From positions 868,001 to 932,000 of the forward strand of contig OZ251244.1 of assembly GCA_965240325.2 (NCBI GenBank): a stretch of 64,000 nucleotides of DNA. Reading direction: 5' to 3'. Each line of letters opens with the position of its first letter. Within the stretch, counting starts at the first letter, position 1. Of this stretch, positions 24,716 to 36,855 are shown in pieces. A model generated the notes under the pieces. The model did no database searches. It was not told where the DNA came from and saw only the letters and a program-made list of their open reading frames with translations. Origin of the DNA: Rebecca billardiae RCC1528. Lineage: Eukaryota > Protista > Haptophyta. The position numbers and the translations under genes are program-made.

Positions 24716-26282
24716 TCAGCCCGCCCGAGCCGCGCTGCCGCTCGAGCCGCGCGCCGGCAGCACGAGCGTGCCGATCGGCGACGGGCTGTCGGTCGCGTCC
24801 TCCTCCCACCGGCCGAGCGGCCCGTCCGTCGGGTAGAAGTGCAGCACGCTGCCGTACTTGCGGTACGGCGCGCCGGCCGCCTGCGTCCTCGCCGCGTCCT
24901 GCCAGTCGAGGTTGAGCCACGTGTAGCCCTGCGCGCGCCGAGGGCGGGGGCGGCGGGGACGTTGGCCCGCGCGCGCGGCGGCTGTGCGCGCGGCGCGGTG
25001 CGCGCGCGCTCGCTGCCCTCGCTGCACGAGCCGGCGGCGGCGGCGGCGCGCGCGCTCACGTCCTGGTCCGTCCGGTAGTGCAGGGTGCGCGCCTCCCGGC
25101 CGACGCCGTAGAGCCGCTTCGTCCACTGCGAGAGCTTCGAGGTGCCGCGGCCGATGCGCACCTGCGGGCGCGCGCGCACCGCGCCGCGCGCGCGGCTGAG
25201 CGGCGCGCGGCGCGCGGCGCGCGCCGAGCGGCGGCGCGTGGGCGCAGCGCGTGGGCGCGGCGCACGGGCGCGGCGCACCTCGGTGAAGAGGTAGCAGCCG
25301 CTGAGCGCGGGGCCGGTCTGGTTGGCCGCGAGCGCCGCCATCGCCGCCGCGCCCTTTGCGTCCGCGCCGCCGCGCCACGCGCCCGCGCCCGCGGCGGGCG
25401 CGGGCGCGCACGCAAAGCAGATTCGAAATCGAACGGCCGCGGCGCTGAGCAGCGTGCCGAGCAGGATGGCGAAGTCGTTGCCGTCGCCGCCGTTCGCGAG
25501 GAGCTGCCCCGTGTGCTGCGCGTCGGTCCAGCCCGGCGGCAGCGCCGCGCGCATCGCGTACACCAGCCCGACCGCCTCCGCCTCCGCGCGCACGTCCTCC
25601 GTCAGCCCGGCGGGCTCAGCGCTCGGCAGCCCGCCGCCCTCCAAGTCGCGCGCGAGGCGGTGCGCGCGCACGGCGCCGAGGATCGTGCCGTTGAGGTACG
25701 CGGGCACGGTCACGCCCTCGGGCAGCACGAGCATGCGCACGAGCTCGGCGAGCACGGCCGTGTCGGGCAGCTCGGAGAGCAGCTCGAAGCCGGAGAGCAC
25801 CGCGTCCACAGCGCTGCGGCAGCGCACGCACGCGCGCGCGCACGCACGCGCGCACGCACGCGCGGGGCAGGGGTGCACGCGCACACGCGGCCCGAGAGAG
25901 GGGGCGGGGGAGGGCGGGGGCGGCGGGGCACGGGCGGCGCGGGGAGAGAGGCGGGGGGAGGCGGGGGCGGGGCGGGGCGGGGCGGGGCGGGGCGCCGGGC
26001 GTGCGTGGGCTCGCGAGGCGCGCGCTCCGCCGAGTGGTGCGCACGGGCGCCGCCAGCGCGCTCGGCCGCGGTGCGCGCGCGGGGCTGCGCACCGCGCAAT
26101 CTCTGCGCGCTGTGTGTCGTTGAGGAACCCCGCGCCGCTGAGCTCGTCGTACTCGACGCCGTCGGGAGCGAGGGGCGCGCCGCCGTCGGCCGTGGGCGCG
26201 GCCGCCTCGGAGGGAGGCGCGTGCTGCTGCTGCTGCTGCTGCTGCTCCGCCGAGCCGTCAGCGTCAGCGTCGGCGGCCGCGT

Positions 26283-26345
<63 letters not shown>

Positions 26346-29300
26346 AGGGCGTCGAGCCCGGCAGCCCCGCCAGCGCGCCGAGCTCGCACCCGGCGCTGCC
26401 CCCCGCGCCGCCGCCGTCCGCGCGCGCCTCCGCGCCCGCCTCCCCGCCCGGGCAGATGAGTGCTGTGCTGCGCCCGAGCTCGTCGTTGGCCACGCGCCGG
26501 CGCAGGCCCGCGGCGCGCGAGCCGGCGGCCTCGGCGGCCGCGCCGTCGCGCGCGGCCACGTACTGCGCGTGGGCGTGCAGCTGCGCCTTGACGAGGCCGA
26601 CGAGGGCCTCGAACGCCTGCTGGCGCAAGAACTCGAGCCTTCGGTTGCTCCGGTGCCCCGCCGCAAGCCCCTCGAGCAGAGGCAGCGCCGCCGGGTGCAC
26701 GTGGGCGCGCCCCAGCCCCACCGTGGCCAGCAGCACGTCCAGCATCTGGCCGTCGTCGCCGTCGAGGGGAAGCTCCTGCCACGAGATGGCCTCGCTCACG
26801 AGGTGGTCGATGCTGCGAGGGGCGCGGGGAGGGCGGGGCGGGGCGCGGGGAGGGCGGGGCGTCAGCGGCCGCGCTCGCCCCGTCCTCTGTGTGTCCTGTG
26901 CGAGTGTGCCACCGCCGTCGCAGCCGCCGGCCCTCCTCCCCCCTCCTCGCCGCCTGCCCGTGGCCTCTGTGTCTGTGCCATCTGCCTGTGTGCCCTCTCT
27001 GTGTGTGGGGGTGTGCGCCATCTGTGCCTCTGTGTGTGTGCGCAGCACAGCCGCAGCAGCACAGCCGCAGCAGCACAGCCGCACCTCGTGTTGAAGAGGC
27101 GGACGATGGTGGGCACGTCGTCGGCGCCCTCCTCGCCGGCGCGCGCGGCCGGCGCGGCCGGCGGCGCGGCGGCGCGCCTCGCCACGGCCTTGTCGTACTC
27201 GTCCCGCCTGGCTGCGCTCTCGCCAAAGTCGGTGGGTGCGAGCGCGGCCGCGAGCGCGTGCGTCCAGCGCGCGGGGGCGGGCTCGAGCCGCGCGGCGCTC
27301 TCGTCCGCGGCGGGGGTGCCGAAGCGGCCGCTCGCCGCCGCCGCCTCGGCCGCGCGCGCCACCATCGGCCCAAGCACGTCCCAGCTCGCCGTCTCAGGCA
27401 GGTGCGCGCTCTGCAGCCCGCGCGCGCGCAGCGCCTCGACGGCCGCGTCGCGCGAGACGGGCGCGGGCGCGCCGCGCAGCAGGCCGGTGGCGTTGAGCGT
27501 GTCGCGCAGCTTGGCCATGGCGTCGACGAGCGAGGCCCCGTGGGACGCGGAGCGGTCTGCGCGGTGCAGCACGATCGCGACCTGCAGCGCGCGCAGCATG
27601 GCCCCGTCCACGCCCGCGCCCTCCGCCTCGAGCATCTGCAGCAGCTCGGCCAGCACCGCGCCCGTGCTCATGTTGAGCGGCAGGTCGTACTCGGTGAGCG
27701 TCGTGTTCACCAGCTCCACGCTCAGCCGGAGGAGGGGCAAGGGCGGGAGCGGCGCGGCGGAGGCCTCGGCCGCGAAGGCCGACGCCGCGACGGGCGAGAG
27801 GCCCAGCTCGGGCAGCGCCGCGCCCGCCGCCTCCGCCTCCGGCTCCTCCTGCCGCGGCTGCGGCTGCGGCTGCGGCTGCTCGGAGGGCTCCGACGGCGAG
27901 GGCTCAGGCTGGCGCGCGAGCGCGCCGCCGTTCGAGTGCGTGAGCGCGCGCAGCTGCGCGAAGGCGTCGGAGACCGCGCGGCGCTGCTCCCTGTACTGCT
28001 GCACCGCCGCCACCCACGCCGGCCTCGCCACGGGAAGCACGACCATCTGCCCGTGGCTGAACATGGCGGTGGCCACCTCGTGCACAACCTCCTCGTCTGA
28101 CATGTCGGACGGCAGCTCGGCGCGCCCGAGCGCGTGGTACACGACGGAGACGACGGCGTCGTGCGAGGGCGGCACGGCGTGCCGCGGCGCGCGCACGTGG
28201 AAGAGCTGCGACCACGTCTCCACGCCGAACTGCGCGCACACACCGCCACACACAACCGCCGCGCGCGGTGGAGCGCGGCGCGGCGCGCGGCGCGTGGGCG
28301 GGCGCGGGCGGTGCGCGGTGCGCCGCGCGCCGTGCCGCGCGCCGCGCGCGCGCGCCGCGCCGCGCACCTGGTACGCGAGGAGCACGCTCGGCGAGTCGGC
28401 GACCATCGCGCGATGGCCGTCGAGCAGCCGGCGCACGAGGCTCGCGACGCGCGCCGCGTCGCTCTGCTGCTGCACCGCGCCCTCCGCCGCGCCGCCCTCG
28501 GCCGCGCCGCCGCCGCCGCCGCCGCCGCCCTCCTCGAGCAGTGACGCCTCGCGCAGCGCGCGGCACAGCGCGGCGGCGTGGCCCGGCGTGCCCGGCGTGG
28601 TGCTCACGTACGCGCCCGGCGCGGCGCACGCGCCGCCGCGCCGCCCCCCCCCGCCGCCGCCGCCGAACACGCCGCCCAGCGCGCCGAGCGAGCCGTCAGC
28701 CGCGCCGCCGCCGCCGCCGCCGCCGCGCCCGCTGCCGTGGTATGCGCACGCGAGCGCGATCGCGCCGACGTGCAGCGCGCGGAGGGCGCGCGCGGAGGGC
28801 GGCGCGTTGAGCGCGTCCGAGTGCTTGCCCATGCTGCCCGCGCGCAGCCGCGCGGGCAGCGGCGCGCGGACGCGCGCGGGCGGCCCGGCGGCGGCCGCCG
28901 CCGCATCAGCCGGCGGCGCGGCCGCGCCGCCGCCGCCGCCGCCGCCGCCGCCGTCCGCCGCCGGCGCGGACGCGGGCGCCGCGGCTGAGGCCGCGCGGTC
29001 GGGATGCGCGTCCGACGCGCCGTCGCCGCCCGGCGCGCCGCCGCCTGCGCCGCTCAGCGCCGCCCACGCGCCGCGCGCGCTCGGGCTGCGGAGCGCCGCG
29101 GCCGCGCGCCGCAGCGCGCCGCGGCCGTGCGCGTCCGCGGCCGCCCACGTGAGGCCGTGCGCGGCCGCGCTGGCGAGGGCGAGGCCGAGCGCGAGCGCGG
29201 GGAGCAGGTCGAGCGCGCGCTCCCGCCCGCACAGCAGCAGCTCGCCCGCGACCAGCACCCACGGCACCGCCTCGGGCGCGGCGCTCAGCGGCCCCGCCAG

Positions 29301-29834
29301 CCGCGCGAGCGCCGGCCGGCCGCCGAGCGTCGGGCCGTCGGCGGCGTGGAGCTGGCACCAGAGGGTGACGACGAGGAGGCAGAGCGGCTGGAAGGTGCGC
29401 AACGGGAGCGCGCGCGACCCCGGCCCCGCCGCCCACCGCCGCCCCAGCAGCGCCCAGTGCGCGCACGCGATGGCCGCCGCGCACGCGCCCAGCCCGCGCG
29501 CGTACGCGAGCGGCGCGTGCGCGTACCGCCGGCGCTCGAGCACGGCGGAGAAGGTGGCGAAGAGCCAGATGGTGATGGCGAAGGCGAGGCTGAACCCCTC
29601 CGCGCCGAGCAGCCCCGCGAGCACGCGGCACGCCGCGCTCGACGCGCCGAGCGCCTCGGGCAGCGCGGCGGCCACGAACGCCGCCGTCGTCGTCACCGCC
29701 GTCACGGGCGGCAGCCGGACGGAGCCGAGCGTGAAGGAGATGTAGAGGCGCGCGACGAAGGCGACGAGCATGAACGCCGCGAGCACGTCGAGCCACGTGC
29801 TGTCGGCCCCGCTGCCCGCCGCGCTCGCGCTCAT
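24716..29834 (-). CDS. Large protein (~1393 aa) with N-terminal TM region and C-terminal degenerate transglutaminase-like domain; exons 29834-28368, 28229-27085, 26812-26093, 25813-25279, 25161-25060, 24928-24716
   Basis: Five GT-AG introns join the ORFs in frame. C-terminal GGDGNDFAILLGTLL..RICF..YLFTEVRIG..HYRTDQDGYTWLNLDW. Confidence 0.7.
26222..26343. repeat. Coding microsatellites: (GCT)n giving poly-Q and (GCGTCG)n giving (AD)n
   Basis: Read directly from the sequence. Confidence 0.9.
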
Positions 29835-30663
29835 CTCGCTCGTGCGCGTGGGAGCAGCAGGCCGCGGGAGGGGTCTCAGACGAGGCCGCGTCGTGATGAC
29901 GCAGCGACCGGCACGCTGCGTAAATTGCTGCGCCGTCGTTGGCCGCTTTCAGCTTTGGCCACCCGTCGTCGAGATTCGTCGATGAGCAAAGTCGACTGTC
30001 CGGGTCCGGACCGGCGGCTTTCCGAGTGAGCAGCACAATCAGTACGCAATGATGGCGAGGCAGACTCTTCTGACGTCGCAATGGACTGAGACTGTCAGTT
30101 ACTCTAAGTTGCTCTATACTGTTAGTCTAGACTACTTGCTCAGCAGAGGCCTCGGCTGTCGTCGCGTTCGTTGCGTTGCCAATGCCAAGGTCATGAGACA
30201 CCACGCGGGCGTCGCGCAGCCACAGGCGCGGCTGCCGGGCGGATCCGGGATCGCCGGCAATAAGCGCCGGAGAAGTCGTTGGGATCTGCGCCCAGTCGGG
30301 GACGGCTGGGTGGCGGGCCGCAGAGCAGCAGGCATGGTGCGGCAGCGGAGCTGCTACACGATGCCGCCGGTCCGCGGGGCGCCACCCACGCTCCCTGCCT
30401 GGGGCGCGATCAGACGGCTCGCCACTGGGCACTTGGGGTCTGGGGTCTTGGGTCTTGGGTTCGGGGTTCGGGGTTGGGCCGATCCGGCGCGGCCGCGCGG
30501 CTCGGCGCGGCTCGGAGGGCGGCGGGTCGGACGGGAGACATGGGGTCTAGAGTGGACGTGGGACTGGCCGGGGGCGTGCACGGGTGCTGTCCGCGTCGAT
30601 GGGCATCGACGCGGGGCGGGCGTGCAAGCGCGAGGCCGTGCTGCGTGCAGTACGCGTGTGATC

Positions 30664-30727
30664 GTGCGCATGCGTGTGCGCGTGCGCGTGCGCGTGCGCG
30701 TGCGCATGCGTGTGCGTGTGCGTGTGC
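30664..30727. repeat. (GTGCGC/GTGCGT)n alternating purine-pyrimidine repeat, intergenic
   Basis: Read directly from the sequence. Confidence 0.85.
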
Positions 30728-31006
30728 GAGACCCGGACTCTCCAGAGCGAGCCGGAGCGAGGGACGGCTCCGGCCGGGCTGTGAGAGGCCGAGGGGGCTG
30801 AGAGGCGAATCGGTGGTCGGCCGTGCGGTGGGCCATGCACGGCGGCGTGGAGGCGGCGAATGAGGCGCTGGTCGGGCCACGGCTGGGTGATGCCAGCCGT
30901 GGGGCGCCGGCTGCGCTCCTGGCTCCTCCCACCGCTCGGGCTCGAGCGCGACGCGCGCGCGCGCCCTCGCTCGGGGCCGCACCGCGCGCGCGCGCTCGGC
31001 GCGCGC

Positions 31007-32287
31007 TCAGTGCAGGAAGCGCTCGGGCCCGCCGCGCCGGTCGAGGAGCGCGGCGTGGCGGAGCGCGTCGCCGAGTCCAGCGCCGCCGCCGAGCGCGCCG
31101 CAGCGCATCGGCCCCGCGCCCATCGGCTCGGTGGACGTCGGCGGCATGGCGCGCAGCAGCAGCGGCGGGCGCGCCGCGCCGATCAGCGCGTTCAGCTCCG
31201 AGTCGGTGGCGTCGGCGAGCGGCGGCGCGGGGCTCGGCTCGGGCGCGTCGGTCTCACGGCGCCCCCAGAGGAGGTGCACGGCCTCAAGCGCCTCGCCCAG
31301 GGACTCCGTGCCCAGCGCCGGCGGCACGGGCGAGCCCTCCACCGAGGGCGTGTGCGCGCTCGGCGCGGAGGCGGCGCCGCTGTCGTCCGGCAGCAGGATG
31401 CCCTCCAGGCTGGCGGGCTGGTGGCGCGCCTGCTTGCAGTGGCGCAGCAGCGTGGCGCGCGAGCGGAGCTGCTTGCCGCACGCGCACGGGAAGACGCGGC
31501 CGCACGCGCGCGCGTGCGTCGTAAGGTCCTCCTTCATCGCGTACGCCTTGGTGCCGCAGCGCTCGCACTTGTGCCGCTTCACGCCCGTGTAGTGCAGCCG
31601 CATGAAGTGCTTCTTCGCCTGGTACTTGGACGGGAAGGTGCGCTCGCACAGCCGGCACGGCGTGCGCTCGTCCCAGCGCGTGTCCGAGCAGAACTCCGCG
31701 GCGCCGCCCTCGTCGTCCTCGTCCTCGGGCTCGCCCTCGAGCTCGTCCGAGGCTGAGGTCGAAGCCGGCGCCTCGTGGCGCGGCGGCGCCGCCGCCCACG
31801 GCCCGGCCGGTGGCGCGGGCGGGGTCGGCGGCGCCGGCTGCAGCCCGGCCAGCGGCACCCACGGCACCGCGGGCGCCGACTGCGGCCCAGCCAGCGGCGC
31901 CAACGGCGCCGGCAGCGCCGGCATACGCCCGGGCGGCGGCGCCAGATGACTGTAGTACGGCGGCTGCGCGGACGGCTCGGGGAAGGAGGGCGGCAAGTGG
32001 AGCTGGGGCAGCGTGAGCGGGTCCAAGGACGACTGCAGCTGGGCGAGTATGTGCACGATGGACGGCGGCAGCGCGGTGGACGTGTTTTGCGTGCGTGCGA
32101 GCGACGCGAACGGGGCCGACACGGCGCATGACGCCGGCGTCGACGACAGCGGCGCCGCCGGGAAAGCGAGGCCGAGGAGCGTGTCGAGGTGGGCGTTGGC
32201 TTGCATCACCTCCGTGAGCGCCTGGTACGTTCGCCACTCGGTCTGCTCGGGCGTCTCGCCGACGAGCGCCGGACGGGTGGGGTCCAT
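31007..32287 (-). CDS. C2H2/C2HC zinc-finger transcription factor, STOP1/WIP/ATMIN-like finger array (~426 aa)
   Basis: CRLCERTF..KKHFMRLH..KCERCGTKAYAMKEDLTTHARACGRVFPCACGKQLRSRATLLRHCKQARH, preceded by Pro-rich and acidic regions. Confidence 0.85.
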   Translation of the reverse strand: MDPTRPALVGETPEQTEWRTYQALTEVMQANAHLDTLLGLAFPAAPLSSTPASCAVSAPFASLARTQNTSTALPPSIVHILAQLQSSLDPLTLPQLHLPPSFPEPSAQPPYYSHLAPPPGRMPALPAPLAPLAGPQSAPAVPWVPLAGLQPAPPTPPAPPAGPWAAAPPRHEAPASTSASDELEGEPEDEDDEGGAAEFCSDTRWDERTPCRLCERTFPSKYQAKKHFMRLHYTGVKRHKCERCGTKAYAMKEDLTTHARACGRVFPCACGKQLRSRATLLRHCKQARHQPASLEGILLPDDSGAASAPSAHTPSVEGSPVPPALGTESLGEALEAVHLLWGRRETDAPEPSPAPPLADATDSELNALIGAARPPLLLRAMPPTSTEPMGAGPMRCGALGGGAGLGDALRHAALLDRRGGPERFLH

Positions 32288-32998
32288 TGGCTCGGCGCGC
32301 CGGGCAGATGAGGTCGCCGGTGCCCGTGCTTTGTATGGGTAGTTGGGGGTGTGAGGTGGGTCGTGTTGGCTCTTGAGTCGCTGAGAAGCGGGGTAGAGCT
32401 CGCCGGAGGAGATTCGCTGGCAAAGCATTAGCGGAGTTACCACTACTTAGAAACCTAGGTCACGGTGGGATTTTGATACATAGAGCTCCAAAACAAAGAC
32501 GCCGTTTGGAACCAGTTGGGGTACGAATGCAGCGACGTGTTCAAGTTGTCCGAGGTGGTGATGATGAGCGGATCGCTCAGATGGTATGAGATGGACACAC
32601 CCATAAGAATCTCGAGCCTGATATAATATTGAAATCATGATCTGAACCGTCCACCCATACAATTGCAAGCTCGTTATTGTGGCTTATGACAACACCAACC
32701 CCAGGTTCCGTTCAAGTGCAACTCGATGGAATGTTCGAGATGTCTGGGGAGCGAATGATAAATATTTGTTTTGGGATCTCGGCTCGGGGTGACAGTCACG
32801 GGCTTCTCAGGGGGTTCTTTTTCAATATATCTTTCTCAACAGCAGTCTTCGCGTCGCGAATGTGGACCCAGGTCTGGAGCGGGGTCCACATGGGCCGTAC
32901 CCACTTCATGGTTACTTTCAGGGTTGTAGGAATGTAGGGTTCATTCGGGGTAGTGCCAGTGCCACCGGACCCCCTCATCAGACCAGGTTCGGGGGCTT

Positions 32999-33831
32999 GT
33001 GGCTGCATGGCGGCCGGCCGCACGCCGCCCACCGCCAACAAAAGTGCGTGCGCGGGCGTGGTGGAGCACGGGTGGCTGTGCACGCGCCGGTACGGCGGGG
33101 TGGTGCACATGAAGAGAGAGCCTAGAAAGGGGTGCCCGGCGTTCCCACAGACCTAGTCTCCACTGCCGTCGCCCGGCGCGCGTGTCATAAGAATGGGCGG
33201 CCTATGTAAGCCGCTCTTTGTTGGCGGATGGCAACGAATGCTCACCGTACGACACACAGGCCGTGGGCGTGTACCCTCAGCGAGGCGTTCAGCCGGGAAG
33301 TCTCCAGAGAGAGAGGCCGTTAGGTCTGGTGTGTCCTGCGTGGTCACCCCGACACCTCAACCGGCGCCTTGACGGCCATTTGCGCCCTGGACTTCAGCGA
33401 GTGCGTCATGGCCCTGGACCATTGCCACCTGCCTTATACAAAACGCTGGAAGAAGAGACATTTGGGACGCTTTCAAGCGTACTGGGACACCCGACCCGCG
33501 CGCCGGACGACGGTAGTGGAGACCAGGCCTGTGGGAACGCCGGGAACACCTTTCTAGGCTCTCTCTTCATGTGCACCACCCCGCCGCAGTACCGGCGCGT
33601 GCACAGCCACCCGTCGACGTCTGTCATCGCCAGCCTGTGTGGTGCCTCAGGCGCCGGGGATGGGGGCTTAAACGCGCCTGGGGATCGACCATGGCACATA
33701 CCGATCTGCCAGCAGGCCTACACCATCGACACGTGCGTGTCCACCACGCCCGCGCCACGCAGTACGCACTCACTTTTCGGTCTTTTGTTGGCGCGGTGGG
33801 CGGCGGGCGGCCGGCGCCGCCATGCGGCCAC
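32999..33831. repeat. Diverged inverted duplication: 32999-33182 vs 33497-33831 (right arm carries insertions)
   Basis: GGGTGGCTGTGCACGCGCCGGTAC...GAAGAGAGAGCCTAGAAAGG recurs as a reverse complement at ~33550-33612. 32999-33065 matches the reverse complement of ~33740-33831. Confidence 0.8.
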
Positions 33832-34045
33832 AGCGTGCCAACAAAAGTCGTTATATTATATTGTCACTTGTCGATATCACGTCCGTTTTCAGACTGCAGT
33901 CCGGGAGCTCCCCGAAACTTACTATTTTGGCCCCCACCTCTGACCTCACGACTCGGCGGCGGTAACTGTATCGACGCGTCATCTCAGGATGCTGAGACCC
34001 GCCGGCGACGGCCTTGGACGGACTGCCGCGGGGCGGGCCCGGTCG

Positions 34046-35392
34046 TCATGTCGCCTTCGCGCCCACGTCGGAGCGCGCGGCGGCGGCCGCGCGCGCGTGG
34101 TCCGCGGCGTGCGCGTGGGCGCGCGCAGCGGCCGCGGCGCGCGCGGCGCGCGCGGCGCGCGCGACCGCGCGCAGCGACACGTCGGCCGCAGTCGGCGCGT
34201 CGGCCGGGCGGTGCACGACGCGCGCGCCGCCGGGCGCGCGCGGCGGCAGCACGGGCAGCGCGCCGGTGCGTTCCGCCGCGGGGCGCGCGGCGGCGCGCGC
34301 CGCGGCCTCTGCGTGGCTCTGCTTTGCCGCGGCCAGCCTCGCCGCCGCCGCCGCCTTGCGCCGCGCGGCCAGCTCCTTGGCGCACGAGTAGGCGAGGTGC
34401 GACGGGAGGCCGCCCGCCTCGGCGGACGCGTTGGCCAGCGGCGCGCACAGCGCGGCCCTGTCCACGCGCGCGAGCAGCTGCACGCGGCTGAGCGGCGCGT
34501 ACCCCGCCGCCGCCTCCCACTCCGCCCGCAGCCCGCCCTCGAGCGCGTCCGCGGCATCGCGCGTGCCGTACTCGGCCAGGTACTGCGGCACCAGGTACTG
34601 CGGCACCAGCTGCTCCGCGCCCGCCGCGCCGGCCGCGGGCCCGTCCGCGGCCGGCCGGACGGCGCACGCGGGCGCGCGCACGGGCGCGCAGCGGCGCGCG
34701 GCGCGCGCGGGCTCGTCGTACGCCGCGGGCGCGCGCGCGGGCATCCGCCGCGCGCGCGCCGCCGCCGCGGCGGCGGCCGAGCGCGTGAGCCGCGGCGGCG
34801 CGGCCGTGCCGTTGGGCCGCAGCGGCGCGAACGCGTGCGGCGCGCTGCCCACCGCGAGCGCGCCCGGGCCGCCGCGCGCCGCGCCGCGCGCCGACGGCCG
34901 CGGGTCGCGCCACGGCAGGTTGTACGCGCACTGCAGGTGGCACAGCCACTCCGCCAGCGCGCGCGCGGTGCTGACGTCCTCGAGCCGCACGTACTCCACG
35001 CCCGCGACGCGCACGCCCGCCGGCGGGTGGCGCGCCGCGCCGCGCGGCCGCGCGTGCGGGTGCGGCAGCAGCGCGGCCGCGTCCGGCGCGTGCGGCGCGG
35101 CCGCCGCGCGTGAGAGCGCGAGGAAGTGCGCGAGCTTCGCCGCGCGCAGCTCGAGGACCGAGCTGTACGGCGCGGGCGTGTCCGCCGCCGCCGCGGGCGC
35201 CTCGGCCTCCCGCTGCTGCTGCTGCTCCTGCTCCCGCCGCAGCGCCGACTCCGCGCCGCGCTTGGCGGCGGCCGGCCGCGCCGTCGCTTTGGGCGCGGCG
35301 CCGGACGCGGCCGCGGGCGCGCGCGCGCGCTTGGGGCCGCGCGCCACGCCGTGCGGCGCGGCGGCGCGGCGCGTGGCGCGCTGGTGGGTCCG

Positions 35393-35423
<31 letters not shown>

Positions 35424-35475
35424 GCGCCACCGCCCGCGTCGGCCGCGCTCACGAGGCGCCGCCGCGCCCTCGGCT

Positions 35476-35512
<37 letters not shown>

Positions 35513-36324
35513 CGAGCGCGCGGCGGCCGCGGCGCGCGCGCGCTGCTCCGCGCGCGCGCGAGCGCCGGCGGCGCGCGGCGGGTCGGGGCGCGGCGGGAGC
35601 GGGTAGTTCGCCGCCATCTCGTAGAAGTCGAGCGCCGTCTGCGTGTGCCGCCGGCTCGGCTCGGCGCACGGCACCACCTCGCCCGCCGCCCACATGCCGC
35701 CGCGGCAGCCGCGCGCGCCGTCCGGCCTCGCCTCGGCCGCGCGCATCGGGCGCGTCCACGGCGCGCGCAGAAAGTCCGGGGCGGAGAGGTGCGCGTGCGC
35801 GGAGGCGTGGTGCGGGCGCGCGCGCATCGCCGCCGCCCAGTCGTACGCGTTCCGGAACGCGACGAGCACCAGCGTGTGCGGCAGCTGCCGCGCCGCGCGC
35901 TCGGGCGCCCACTCGGCCCAGCCGTGGCTCAGGTTCTGGAACCAGTGCCGGTGCCGCGCCAGCCCGGAGACGACGCCGTCGGGCGTGTAGAAGGAGGCGG
36001 CGAGCTTGGCCGCGAGCCAGGTCGAGCCGGTGTGCCGCTCGGCCAGCAGCCGCACGTACCGCACCTCGCGCGCGCCCCCGCGCCACGGCGCGGGCTGCGC
36101 GCGCGCAAACGTGCGCTGGTACGCGCAGAAGCGCGCCGGGTCCACCGCCTCGCAGATCGCCGGGGTGATGGGCGAGACGGCGGGCGGGCCGAAGCGGCGG
36201 GAGCGCAGCCGGGGCGACGCGGCGTGGTTCCGCCCGTGCGGGCGGTACGGGCTGCGCGCGCGCCGCGCGCCGAGCCCGAGGCCGCCGTCGTCGGCCGCGG
36301 CCGCCGCGCCGAGCGCGCTCGCGT

Positions 36325-36366
<42 letters not shown>

Positions 36367-36722
36367 GCGCGGGCGGCGGCGCGGCGCGCGGGCGCAGGAG
36401 GCCGAGGGCCATCGCGCGCCGGAGCGGCGCGCCGCCGAGCAGTGCGAGCAGCACCGCCGCGAACACGCTCCCTGCGCGCGCGCGCGGCGACGGGCGCGGC
36501 CGTCAGCCGCAGAGCGCGCCGCCGCGAGCGCGCCGCGCGGCGCGCGCGGCGCGCGGGCGCACCGGCGAGGAACCAGACGACGACAGAGACGCACGCGCCG
36601 AAGCAGCTCTCCGCCTCCTCCGCGCTCGGCAGCCGGCGCGTGCGTGCGCCGCGCGCCGCGCCGTGGGCGCGCCGCCCTAACCTCGGGCGCACGTAGCCGA
36701 CGTACGGCGCGCGCGCCTCCAT
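34046..36722 (-). CDS. Type II membrane sulfotransferase-like (P-loop) protein of an algal family (~861 aa); exons 36722-36563, 36471-34046
   Basis: TM helix spans a 91-nt intron. LLAERHTGSTWL (5'PSB-like), RHRHWFQ, AFRNAYDWAAAM (3'PB-like), PHHA, YSSVLELRAAK, VRLED. Confidence 0.65.
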
Positions 36723-36855
36723 GAGTCTTGCTTGCTGTCTCCTGCGCGATCAGTGAGCAAGCGCTCACGAACGGCTCCGGACCCGCGCGCGCGCGCAGGT
36801 CCGGAAGCACTGCCAGGCCTGCCGCCACTTCGAACGGCCCCTCAACCGTCGAGCA

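Noticed and set aside
18367-29745. Very long overlapping and antisense ORFs (e.g. 18416-23146, 19582-23226, 25078-29745; also 51172-55779)
   Set aside because: Arg/Ala/Gly-rich shadows caused by stop-codon scarcity at very high GC; no motifs, and they overlap better-supported genes.
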